64,000 nucleotides of DNA, from contig NW_027361774.1 in the NCBI RefSeq assembly GCF_039654945.1, forward strand, positions 434,001 through 498,000, read 5' to 3'. Under the pieces are notes generated by a model. That model had not been told where the DNA came from, searched no databases, and worked only from the letters and a program-made list of their open reading frames with translations. Shown here in pieces: positions 1 through 11,923 of the stretch. The position numbers and the translations under genes are program-made. Source of the stretch: Dendrobates tinctorius (lineage: Eukaryota). Within the stretch, counting starts at the first letter, position 1. Each line of letters starts with the position of its first letter.

Positions 1-403
1 CCCCGCAGTTCCATTGCTGTAATGCAATGGTCTCGGGAAAAATGGCCACTGTAGGCGGCGCATGCTCAGATTCAGATCTTGTCCCGAGATCTTGTTGCCG
101 AGATCTGAAACTGAGCATGCACCGCCCCCAGCTGCTATTTTTCCAGAGGCCACCGCATACAGCTGCTATTTTCCCGGAGGCCACCGCACAGCAGCAATGG
201 AGCTTCAGGAGCCTCCAGCTTTGACAAAATGGCAGAGGTGCCCCCTACGCAGCAAAGAGCGCCACCGCCCCAGCACAGAGCGCTGTGACCACTCTTGCAC
301 CTGTACTGATTCCCCAGGTAAGCTGAATTCGGACTGTAAGTCGGACCCCCATTTGGCACATTTTTTCCCCTATTTTCCTTTTGAAAATTTGGGGTGCGTC
401 TTA
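1..403. mobile_element. Tc2/mariner-like MITE fragment, paralogous to 44384-45016
   Basis: Colinear with ~44520-45000 including TTTTGAAAATTTGGGGTGCGTCTTA; cut at TTA by a different repeat starting GGCTACTTTCAGACT. Confidence 0.7.
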
Positions 404-639
404 GGCTACTTTCAGACTAGCGTTCTGAGGCGCAGAGCAGGGCTGCCGCTAAGCTCCTCCCCTGGCCGCGCCTCCTCCGGTCAGCTCCTCCTATGGGCGC
501 ATGATGCTGCATGCAACTAGCGTACCCTACATTTAGCGTTGGGTACGCTGTCCATGTGCAGATATGATTTTGCCGGCGATTGTGCCCTTTTGGCTCTGCG
601 CCGAGCACACAAAAACGCACTGTGTTGCTTTTTTTTATT

Positions 640-880
640 TCCACGGTTCTACGTTATAAACTTCTGTGAAGCACCTGTGGGTTCAAAGTGCTCAATACAC
701 ATCTGGATAAGTTCCCTAAGGGGGTCTAGTTTCCAAAATGGGGTCACTTGTTGGGGGTTTCCACTGTTTAGGCACATGAGGGGCTCTCCAAAAGCGACAT
801 GGCCACCGCTAATTATTCCAGCACATTTTGCCTTCCCTTCCGAGCCCTGCCATGTGCCCAAACAGTAGATTTCCCCCACA
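640..880 (+). mobile_element. piggyBac subterminal fragment
   Basis: Matches ~45425-45675 (GTTATAAACTTCTGTGAAGCACCTGTGGGTTCAA...). Confidence 0.7.
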
Positions 881-1426
881 ATATTATAGGCATTATCAAC
901 AATAACATCAACGCTATTATATGCATTATGTAATAATGGGGGGCAGGTCAGTGAGGGATCAGGGACCTGTCATAAGCCAATACAGATGAATATGTAATCA
1001 GAGCACCACATAAAGCCCCGCCCACAGCCCCGCCCCAGAGCACGAGAATCTCATTAACTGAAAACTACAAATACAGATTAAACAACAGTAAACCAGAGTT
1101 GCATTCATTTATGGTGGACCATTGGAGCTACTATGGATCCTGACCAGAAGATTAGAGAAAATAATATTGCTCCCCATTTCAGGAGAGATTGTGCAGTAAT
1201 CTGAATTCCTTAGGATCAGAAACAATGTAATTGGTTGTAAGTTCTATAGAAAAGGGCTTTCAATGCCCAAAGTCATTTGAACAGTTTTGGGTGGAGAAGA
1301 ATGTTGTGGTCTAGAGGCAAAATGGTGATCATGGTAATATGGCCGGACTACATCACCGATAAAGCAGCCACAGCCGGTGACTGAGAGGAATCTGTGACTT
1401 CTCTGCATTCAGTGGTTACTACTCAC

Positions 1427-3526
1427 CTGGGTAGTCATATGTGGAAATCTCCTCTTTACACCACTCATCACCCCTCACATATGTCTCTGTAGTATTAATA
1501 TGGGTCAGATCTTCACCCTGAAACAAATATTGTAAAAGTCACCGACAGATGGAGAAGTCCCATCTATGATCAGCTCTAATCCTGCCATCTCCACCGTTCT
1601 CATTACACAAATGTGGCGCCCCCAGGAGTATGGTCGCCACAGTGGCATTGCCTTCCTCCTAGGGAGTGTGATGTCATGCTTGGAAGCAATAAAGGATCTC
1701 TCTAGCAGTTAACCACAACACACAACACAGTTTCCATTCCAGGCCAGCAGAGGGAGCTCTGAACCAAAACTGGGGGAGGAGCTACTCTCTGGGGGCCAGG
1801 AAGGAAAATTAGGGAGTTCTTGTGAGGAGGGCAACGTGTGTGGACATGGAGGAGAAGAGCTGGGGGATTGAGCAGAGAGTTCAGGCTCATTCCCAGCTAT
1901 AGCGCATGGTCTGAAGCCCGGTCTCCAAGGCTGTACAGACACTGATGGTCCTGCAACAGAAACCGGAGGAATAGGAAGCTGTAAATGCTCTATTCCCACA
2001 TAAGACTCGGAGGCACAACAGCGACATGTGAGCCAGAAGAGGAAGGCTACAGCTGTCTGCCATACGAGGGAGTTCTAAAGAGAATAAGCAAGTGGAACTT
2101 CGGTGTAACACAGTGCTGCAAGTACCTAAAAATAAGTGCTAGGAAGGAGACTACACAACCCATCTGCATAGAGAGATTCCTAAGTTGCTCCCAGGCTAGC
2201 CAGCTCCTGTGCCATCTGTAATCTGGACCCTGGACTGCATTTGCGAAGCAAAGTAAAGGTAAAGAAACTGCACCCTGTTGTGTCCTTCCCTTCTTCCTGC
2301 AACTCCGTCAGCACTGCTTCATCCCTGTGCCAGACACTGCATCCTCTTCCTCAATACCTATCCTCACTGCCCTGGGATTACTGCCCTACCTGTGGAGGGC
2401 CACAACATCATTGCTGCAGCACACCATCTGTCCCAGAGGAACTGTCTGCAGCGTCGGCTTAACATCTTCATTGCCGAACACCACAGGTGGCATCACGAAT
2501 TATTCACTCATAAACTTTATTCCATCACTTAACCCCTTCTACATGGGCGCCCAGGGACACGGACCGGGTCACCGCTGCTGTGACATTCCCCTTTGAGAGA
2601 CCAGCCCGGTACTGAGTACCCCACTGCCCTGGCAGGGTGACCCACAAGTATAAAACATATAATACTGGTGGATAAAACAACACTGAGCACAAGACCTTCA
2701 CAGCCGTCTGCACATCATAGGGGAGATCTCCTGACACCTTCTCTCCATCTACCTGATGATCCTGAGGAGCACTGGGATCTTCTTGGTTACAGTCCTGTGG
2801 AAGAAGAGGACGGGGACATCTCTCTGGTGTTGTCCTCTTACTGGATAGATCTGGAGGAAACACATACAGGGACTGAATTCATTCTCTACATACAGATAAT
2901 TATAGGCCGTGTGTATTTAGTCCTGTCTATTACCTGGAGATGTGAGGGGCTGGGGAACCTCCATTATGACGTTCTTGTACAGATCTCTGTGTCCTTCTAC
3001 ATACTCCCACTCCTCCATGGAGAAATAGACAGCGACATCCTGACACCTTATAGGAACCTGACACATACAATGATACCGTCATCCCCCGATCCCTTCATAG
3101 TGTTACTGTATAATGTCCCAGCATTCCCAGCAGTGTCACCTCTCCAGTCAGCAGCTCAATCATCTTGTAGATGAGTTCCAGGATCTTCTGGTCATTGATG
3201 TCCTCATGGATCAGGGGGTGAGGTGGAGGCCCCGTGATTGGGCTCAGGGGTCTTCCCCATCCCTCAGACACAGGGTCCTGACAGCGATCACTAGAGGTCT
3301 TCTTCACCACTGTGTAATCCTGGTTATGGAGAGACACATTAATAAATCTCACTACAGACATTTCCAGAGTCCTCACCTCTCCAGTTCTGTCCATCTGTTA
3401 TTCCCATAGATAAGAATGATGGAATGTGACGTCATCAGAATCTCTCACCTCTCCAGTGAGACGGAAGAGGATCTCTAGGGTGAGGTGTAATATCCTCTCC
3501 GCCATCTTGTCTCTGTCCATATCCAT
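1427..3526 (-). CDS. FAX/KRAB-like zinc-finger gene copy A, five 5' coding exons (3526-3449, 3319-3140, 3057-2934, 2850-2753, 1517-1427); finger exon lies left of the window
   Basis: GT/AG-bounded exons of 78, 180, 124, 98 and 91 nt splice in frame: [26 protein letters not shown] / [10 protein letters not shown]...[16 protein letters not shown] / [33 protein letters not shown] (KRAB-A-like) / ...; same exon sizes in copies B and C. Confidence 0.88.
1612..2644. mobile_element. Solo LTR (Ty3/Gypsy-like) in an intron of copy A
   Basis: TGTGGCGCC...GGTGACCCA, flanks CAAA/CAAG (4-bp TSD, 1 mismatch); empty site TTACACAAGTATAAA in copies B and C. Confidence 0.85.
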
Positions 3527-4642
3527 CCTTGATGGGTAAATCAGGAAAATTCTCTTTTGTAGAAGATCTTCTCTGAGAGGATCCGATATTGTAGAGACCT
3601 GAATGAGAAGAAGATGATCCGATGTAACATCATAAGAATCCTGTGTAATAATACAATTACTGGAGATAATAAGGGAAACATATGAGGAGATTTATTATTT
3701 TACAGGGTTTAGTTTTCTTCCCTGACATCTACTAATAAAACCTATATATTTAGGCCACAGACAACAAGCAGTTTCCTCCTCGGAGTCGGCAGCTGAACAC
3801 GTTCCTCATAGACTCATCTTCCATAACGCTAATTCTCCTCTCATTACCGACACTGGAATCGGCATTAGCAATACTGCAGGAGATATTCATTACACGTGAC
3901 ATGAGAAATAACTCCTTCATGATGAGGACGACATCTTCATCTTCTACTGCGGCTCTAGAGACAGATGTGGCCAGAGTCGGTCACTGCCTCCATCCCCACC
4001 GGCCGTCTATATGAAGGTTTCCCGTCTTCCCCGCACTGGAATCTTCTCTCACGTTAGATCTCAGCTCTGAGTCACACACAGAAGTTTGAGGCTTTTATAA
4101 AAGATTTTTTGTTTCCACAAACACAACGGACAGAAATGATCTGATCCCAAAGTCTCCATGTACAGTGATTTATGGGGATTATTTCTGGCCTTAGGCTTTC
4201 CTATATTACAAGAAAAACTCCAGAAAAAGCCGATATTAAAATGTTTCTCAAGAAAATTGGCTCCAACAATTCTTGTAAAAATAAAAAGAAAAACATAAAA
4301 AAGCAGAAGACACATTTTATTATATTTTAACAAGTGAAACATTTTTTTTTTACAAATTAACTCTTTTGTGCCCCAGAACATAGATGTACACCGCAGGGAC
4401 GGCACAGATGAGGCTTCAACAAAAACCCTGACAGTTTAACCACTTGCTGCTGTGAAAAGCAAACATGACATCTAAGAAGGTGTGACAGAGTTTGGCTGAA
4501 GGCCCCCCGCCTCCAAGTACTCGATAGTATGGGGTGGCCTAGTGACTCCGATACTTACATGCCTAATAATGGTGTCTGGGCTGCAATGTATGAAGGTCTA
4601 TTAGGCCGGGCCAGAGGCAGCGTCCAATAAGTTACCTTATAA

Positions 4643-4951
4643 CGCCCCCATACACATTAGACTAAAGTTCCATGAAAGCACTGATTTCGGGGGGGTTTGG
4701 CCGACCATATAATGTATTTGGGGGCCTCCCGACAGATGATGTCAGGGCAGAGAAGGATCTGGCATCCTGAATTTCAGAGGATAATCCGTTTGTTCTTCCT
4801 GTAGATAATCCTCCTCTAGAGGAGTCTGGAGGCGACTCTCTCATACAGACCACAGGAAAGCTGGAATATTTGTGTGTATGGGGGAGTCGGGAGAGATCGC
4901 CGTCTGACAAATGACCGTTCAGCCAACTCTGATCTCATGTGTATGGGGCCG
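4643..4951. mobile_element. Harbinger-type MITE
   Basis: Terminal inverted repeats CGCCCCCATACACAT / ATGTGTATGGGGCCG flanked by TAA/TTA. Confidence 0.65.
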
Positions 4952-5284
4952 TTAGTATTACACTGACAGGCAGTGATGATACACGGCACTACAGTAGTAC
5001 AGGGCATCACCGGAGCCATCAGAGGCTTGTATGTTGTGTGATCGCACTGATCAGAGGGGTTTAAAAAGGCTTAAAGTGGAAAAAATATCACAGTTTCAGC
5101 AACAAGAAATATCCGTCACTATATGGAAAGCAGAGTCACTGCACAATGTTAGTTACGTCACGTCCATAACTACTTTATTATACTCTATTATCCTGTACAC
5201 AGTGGAGTAGATAGAAATCACAGATCCCACAGCAATAGCTGGAATTGGACCATCCAACGTAAAAAAAAACTATCTATCTATATA

Positions 5285-6190
5285 CACTGTTCAAAAAAAT
5301 AAAGGGAACACTTAAACAACAGAATATAACTCCAAGTAAATCAAACTTCTGTGAAATCAAACTGTCCACTTAGGAAGCAACACTGACTGACAATCAATTT
5401 CACATGCTGTTGTGCAAATGGAATAGACAACAGATGGAAATTATTGGCAATTATCAAGACACCCTCAATAAAGGAGTGGTTCAGCAGGTGGGGACCACAG
5501 ACCACATCTCAGTACCAATGTGTCTGGCTGATGTTTTGGTCACTTTTGAATGTTGGCTGTGCTTTCACACTTGTGGTAACATGAGACGGACTCTACAACC
5601 CACACAAGTGGCTCAGGTAGTGCAGCTCATCCAGGATGGCACATCAATGCGAGCTGTGGCAAGCAAGTTTTCTGTGTCAGTCAGTGTAGTGTCCAGAGGC
5701 TGGAGGTGCTACCAGGCGACAGGCCAGTACACCAGGAGATGTGGAGGGGGCCGTATGAGGGCAACAACCCAGCAGCAAGGACCACTACCTCCACCTTTAT
5801 GCAAGGAGGAACAGGAGGAGCACTGCCAGAGCCCTGCAAAATGATCTTCAGCAGGCCACAAATGTGCATGTGTCTGCACAAACAGTTACAAACTGACTCC
5901 ATGAGGATGGTCTGAGGGCCCGACGTCCACAGATGGGGGTTGTGCTCACAGCCCAACACCGTACAGGACACTTGGCATTTGTCACAGAACACCAGGATTG
6001 GCAAATTCACCACTGGCGCCCTGTGCTCTTCACAGATGGAAGCAGGTTCACACTGAGCACATGTGACAGACGTGACAGAGTCTGGAGACGCCGTGGAGAG
6101 CAATCTGCTGCCTGCAACATCCTTCAGCATGACCGGTTTGGCAGTGGTCAGTAATGGTGCGGGGTGGCATTTCTTTGTAGGGCCGCACGA
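5285..6190 (+). mobile_element. Tc1-like transposon, 3'-truncated, decayed transposase
   Basis: TA + TIR CACTGTTCAAAAAAATAAAGGGAACACT; [27 protein letters not shown] (HTH) and WRPVLFTDGSRF (first catalytic Asp region), with frameshifts and stops. Confidence 0.85.
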
Positions 6191-6520
6191 TGTTGGGCTG
6201 TGAGCACAACCCCCATGGAGACACAATTGTGCCTTTACCTGGAGATAAATTCCCAGTGGGGGCAATTTCCAAAATGCAATAACTTAAGTGGGGAATTCAG
6301 CTCTTTTCACACTTAAGGGATCTGTATATGGAGTCTACAAACTACAGTGGGGAAATAAGGATTTGTTACGCTGCCAATTTTGGGCTAAAGTCACATTTTT
6401 GTGAGGAAAAAAGTAAAATTGTCATTTTTTCCTTCCACATTGCTTACATTCCTGTCACACTATCCGAATTCAGATAGTGTCCTGTCAGAAAGGAGAATAC
6501 AGGGAGCGAAAGGGTTAATA

Positions 6521-6670
6521 GGACTCACAGGAGGAACCGGCCCAGAAAGCAGAAGGTCCAGGAGTGTCCGCCACATATATGACTGCTCTGTGCACACAGG
6601 ACCTGTGATGAGGTCACAGGAGGGGAGGAGTCAGGGGTCACATGATCAGGGGCCTCAGTGTGTGCAGGAC
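6521..6670 (-). promoter_or_regulatory. Promoter-like module plus candidate non-coding first exon (type 1) of copy A
   Basis: CCTGTGA-N5-TCACAGG dyad, TCATGTGA E-box, CATATATG; minus-strand donor GTGAGT at 6528-6523; same arrangement at 48593-48740. Confidence 0.55.
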
Positions 6671-6678
6671 TCAGTGTG

Positions 6679-6861
6679 CTGGAGCGCTCCCGATAATCAG
6701 CTGCGTGTGTCGCGCTGTGTGATAGTCACAGCACCTGCATAGAGGGCGACACATGCAGCTGATTATCGGGAGCGCTCCAGGGATCCGGGGTCCCGATGCA
6801 GCTATTCGGTAAGCGATATTAGCCAATAACAACTTCTCCGACGATATTCGCTCATCTCTAG
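6679..6861. mobile_element. Right half of a palindromic MITE with a 35-bp-stem hairpin
   Basis: 6679-6713 pairs with 6746-6780; ends in TTCGCTCATCTCTAG, a terminus I recognise from common anuran MITEs. Confidence 0.6.
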
Positions 6862-7098
6862 TAATAACAGCTCAAAGAAATTCACCAAACTTTTCATTAA
6901 GTTTAATAGCGAGACCCTATTAAATATTGAGCACCAGCGGGATGAAGCATTGACAGCGGCATGTAAAAGTGTGGGCGCCCCGGGTCAAAATGACCGTTAT
7001 TGTGAGCAGCAGTAAGATGAAGATGAAATGATCTCTAAAAGGCCGAACCTCTAAGATGACACATGGCCTTTGTATCTTAGGCAAAAATAATAATAAAA

Positions 7099-7106
<8 letters not shown>

Positions 7107-7151
<45 letters not shown>
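7107..7151. repeat. (TA)n microsatellite
   Basis: About 22 AT units following an A run. Confidence 0.95.
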
Positions 7152-7153
<2 letters not shown>

Positions 7154-7308
7154 AGAGACACACATTTATTACAATTTCATAATTGCAAAAAGGAGAAAGG
7201 GCATGCAAAACTTTGGGCATCCTTGGAGATTTGTGTACTGAGATAATTTTGACCAAGATTTCACACCTTAATTAGCTTGTTAGGGTTATGGTGAGATCAC
7301 ATGGTGAC

Positions 7309-8157
7309 CAGGAGCTACAGTCTGAGGAAAGGGCTAAAAAGCCTTCACTAGACCCCTGTACAGCTGTATAATGAGGCCCAGGCTTTATAGTGAAGGGACA
7401 GGAGTGAGGGCCTGTTCCCAGGAGCTACAGTCTGATGAAAGGTCTAAAAAGCCTTCACTAGATCCCTGTACAGCTGTATAATGAGGCCCAGGCTTTATAG
7501 TGAAGGGACAGGAGTGAGGGCCTGATCCCAGGAGCTACAGTCTGAGGAAAGGGCTAAAAAGCCTTCACTAGATCCCTGTACAGCTGTATAATGAGGCCCA
7601 GGCTTTATAGTGAAGGGACAGGAGTGAGGGTCTGTTCCCAGGAGCTACAGTCTGAGGAAAGGGCTAAAAAGCCTTCACTAGATCCCTGTACAGCTGTATA
7701 ATGAGGCCCAGGCTTTATAGTGAAGGGACAGGAGTGAGGGCCTGCTCCCAGGAGCTACAGTCTGATGAAAGGTCTAAAAAGCCTTCACTAGATCCCTGTA
7801 CAGCTGTATAATGAGGCCCAGGCTTTATAGTGAAGGGACAGGAGTGAGGGTCTGTTCCCAGGAGCTACAGTCTGAGGAAAGGGCTAAAGAGCCTTCACTA
7901 GACCCCTGTACAGCTGTATAATGAGGCCCAGGCTTTATAGTGAAGGGACAGGAGTGAGGGACTGTTCCCAGGAGCTACAGTCTGAGGAAAGGGCTAAAAA
8001 GCCTTCACTAGACCCCTGTACAGCTGTATAATGAGGCCCAGGCTTTATAGTGAAGGGACAGGAGGGCCTGTGCCCAGGAGCTACAGTCTGAGGAAAGGGC
8101 TAAAGAGCCTTCACTAGTCCCCTGTACAGCTGTATAATGATTCCCAGGCTTTATAGT
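7309..8157 (+). repeat. 110-bp satellite, left segment (~8 units)
   Basis: Unit CAGGAGCTACAGTCTGAGGAAAGGGCTAAAAAGCCTTCACTAGACCCCTGTACAGCTGTATAATGAGGCCCAGGCTTTATAGTGAAGGGACAGGAGTGAGGGCCTGTTCC; period 110. Confidence 0.97.
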
Positions 8158-9949
8158 TGTGGCGCCCCTGAGGCTCAGTCGCCACAGAGGTACTGCACCT
8201 CCTCTCTCTCTTCATGATGTGTGGTGCCCCACCACCCAGGTAAGGTGGGAACTCCTTTCCATACTCCAACACCTGCACCCCACACAACAAGGTAGTTCTG
8301 CACAACCACAAGCGGCTTTGTACTAAGAGAGTAGCAGAGCACCTTTGGTGGTTCCCTGCTTGGAACACTGGACGTGCTGGGAGGTGGGTGGAGTTAAGAT
8401 ACATAAAAAGAGTGGGAAAGTGTAGGATTACAGAGCAGTCCGAGGTCAGTCAGACAGAAGGTCGGCGGAGTAGGAGGTCACTCTGAGAGGAGTGAGGATC
8501 CCTGGAAGAAGGGATGGAGGAAGGAGTGCTGCAGCTGCCTCAGTGACCTGAGCCAGCTGGCACGGGAAAGGAAAGGAGGAGAAAGACGTGAACTAAACCC
8601 TAAGCTTCCATAAGAGAGAGATTAGTACAGAACGAAGGAGTATAGAGAACAGAGAGAAGTGGGTTGGAAGAGGAACCCTGCCTACAGGTTCTCAGCGCAA
8701 GGCTGGGGCCCGGACCCCGAGGTTGTATGGACACTTATGGTACTGCAGCAGACACCGGTGGAGTAGCTGGCTGTAAATGCACTACTCCCATCTAAGACTT
8801 GGGGCACAACAGCGACTGTATAGAGAGCCGGGACTCAGGAGAAGGGAGTCCGCGAAGCAGGCTACAGCTGTCTGCCGTACAAGTAGAGTTCTTGGGAACA
8901 TCAGTCAGGAAGAACTCCAGTGTAACACGGTACTAGGAGATCTTCACACTTTAAGGCGCTATAGAGGAGTCGTTCAGGAAGGTACATGTTGGCGGAGTGC
9001 TAGAGAGGAGAGTGCTAACTTGCCCGGGGGGGGGGTTGATTGAGTCTCTGACCCGGAGGACATGGTACGGAAGCAGGCACTACAGACTGTGAGAAAAGCT
9101 TTGGAACTACATTCCCTGGTGTCCTCCATTCCTTCCTGCGTCCGCCTGCCTGGCACTGCTACATCCCCTGCGCCAGACACTACACCATCTAAGTGTCATC
9201 ACATCTACACTGCCCTGGGGCTACAGCTTCACCTGTGGGGAGCTATACCATCTAAGCTGCAACACACCACCAGCCCCAGAGGATCTGCATATCCAACGAA
9301 AGAAAACGATGATTAAAAGGCTTTTTTTACTAATATAAAGAGAAACTTTATTGTTTAGAACCATAGATAAAATATTACATATCACCAATTAGGGGATTAA
9401 GGGGAAGTAAACATACACATATGTATATTGTGATTACACATCTAAAAAGACGCACATAACCAGCACCTGAAGGTGTAACCTATACACCTCCAATTATATG
9501 ACTATCAAAAATTGACAGTTTTGCTGAAAAATAGTACATCAATCTCAAAGTGGACACTACAATATTATGTCCTCATATCCTACAGCTAATTTAGAAAATT
9601 CATATTATAGATGACTATTATATCATGCCTCCACCGCCGAGAAGCTAACCGTTATATATAATGGACGTAATCACTTATAATAATAGATCTTATATGGTGT
9701 GGTACCTAAATGTAGCCACTTATCCTGGCTAATCACCCATAATGTTATCTACAATACCGCCAGCAAGTGGCCACTAAACATACCATAGTGATTATCACCG
9801 GCAACAGCCGCTATGTACAAAAAATCACATCACACCATAATGGCCATTACCAGCAATGGCCGCTACATATGTAGATTAACGTCCTTACTAAACTAATTAT
9901 TACCGGCAGTGGTGGTCTGGAGGTGCACAGGTGCCTGGGTAGCGCGTCC

Positions 9950-9988
9950 GCCCCGACGCGCGTTTCGGACCCGCCTTTTTCAAGGGGC
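9950..9988 (-). ncRNA. Second identical hammerhead motif in the inverted PLE arm
   Basis: Exact reverse complement of 15328-15366. Confidence 0.75.
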
Positions 9989-10635
9989 CTAGCCGGTATG
10001 TACACCGGCGTCCTTAAATAGTGTACCCGGACGCCGTGAAATCGGCGTTACCGGAAGTCATGTCCGCGGCCCGGAAGTGACGCGCTCTGTCACCGAGGCA
10101 ACCACAACACCGGTCAGCATCGGCGTCACACAGTGGGAGTGGCCGGGGCGGGCCAACCCCACCATGTAGAGACGCCACATGCGGACAGGGGCAGCGGTGA
10201 CAAGGGGACAGGCGCGTACAGGGCCGCTGGCACCGACCCATAGCTACACGGAAAACATACAAAGAACACATTTATTGTAATATACACATACTACCAATTA
10301 TACACAGGATCAGCAACCATCTATAAGGACACTACCATATATATTTTTTCTATAAGATATAACAATTATTACACCATCAACAATAATCCTTGCATATCAT
10401 TATTAGACTAAGGATATATATAATATAAACATCATGATCCTTGCTGACTTCTTCATTTCTTGGCAACAATTATTCACCCACAAGGGGCTAGAATATATAT
10501 GATGTCCATAGATATATGGTTCACTTTGTCCATCCTTATAGATCCCAACACTAAAGTAATAAAATAAAACATTAAAGGAAAAATTAAAAGAGTGATATCA
10601 CAAATCATAGGCGATGTTTACCCACAGAGCAGTAT

Positions 10636-11923
10636 TCATAGGAATGGGGCATAACTGATGTTTTCATTGAGTCCAGATGGATGGACTGATCCAATTGTCC
10701 ATATCCATCTGGACTCAAGTTGGGCCATCTTCTTGGAAATCCCACCCCCACGGATCCCTGTCTCAACCATGTCGATACCCCTCACCCTAAGGAGGCTGCC
10801 ATCGCAGCCATGGTATCTCCGAAAATGGCGTGGAATGGTCTTTAATGATGTTATATCCTCCGCGGTCGCTGCAGCCTCTATGCCCAAAACATGTTCCCGC
10901 ACTCTAACCTTTAGCTGTCTAGTAGTCATACCCACGTAGATCATATTACATGGGCAGACAGCATAATATACTACATTTTTACTAGTACATGTGATATATT
11001 TTTTTATTTTAAACTCCCGGGATCCATTTTGGGTAACAAAAACTTCTGTGCTATCAATGTTTGGGCAAGTGACGCAGCGACCACACGGAGTACTACCACA
11101 ACGACCAGCCATTTGATCTAAGAAGGTGACCATTGGCTCACCCAGATAGTGGCTTTGCACCAACTTATCGCGCAAATTCCTTGATCTTCTGGCCGCGACA
11201 GCAGCCCTATCCGGCAGGAGACTCGACAAGACCGGATCAGCCTTCAATATATGCCAGGATTTAGCTAGAATCTTCCGCATACGCGGGAAGTGTGAATGAT
11301 AATTGGTAACAAACCTCACTTTACCCGATTCTTTCCTGGATTTTGTACCATATAGGAGTGTGTCTCTTGACGAGTATCTGGCCCTATTAAATGCCTTTTT
11401 GATCATTCGGTTACTGAAACCTCGTTCAAGCAGCCTTTCCTTTAAATCTTCCGCCTGCCTGAAAAAGTCTTCATTGGTCGAGCACAACCTGCGTAATCGC
11501 AGGAATTGTCCGGTGGGAACCGACTGGACCATATGTCCCGGATGGGAAGATGATGCGTGGAGTAACATATTGGTAGCAGTTGGCTTACGGAAGATATCCG
11601 TTTGTATCTCACCCCTATGATCTTTCTTCAAGACTATATCTAGGAAATCTATTGATACCGGATCATATTTATAGGTAATGTAGATATTTAAATCATTATT
11701 ATTTAAGGATAGCATAAAGGACTCGAGGTCAACCCTAGACCCCTGCCAGATCAACAGTATGTCATCGATGTACCGTGTCCAAGAGAGGACGCGGCACATC
11801 GGCATCTGCTGATCTGGCAGGGAGAGGTCTCTCTCCCACAGCCCCAGGAACAGGTTAGCATAAGCAGGGGCAAAAGATGCTCCCATAGCTGTTCCCTGGA
11901 GCTGTAGGAAGAAAGACTCCTTA
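10636..11923 (-). pseudogene. Inverted partial PLE ORF: RT C-terminal half plus GIY-YIG endonuclease
   Basis: QLQGTAMG, RYIDD, CGSTPCGRCVTC linker, VVYYAVCPCNMIYVG; open frame but lacks the RT N-terminus. Confidence 0.9.

Noticed and set aside
2668-3174. ORF MDKT...LSTRPSQPS repeated at 46919 and 57993
   Set aside because: Antisense to ZNF exons and introns; recurs only because of the duplication
6602-6660. GTGATGA as a C/D snoRNA box C
   Set aside because: No downstream CTGA box D with a terminal stem; antisense to the host gene
7321-7352. CTGAGGA/CTGATGA plus hairpin in the satellite as a newt-satellite-2-like hammerhead
   Set aside because: The hairpin is followed by CACTAGA, not GAAA; no stem III or NUH site can be built
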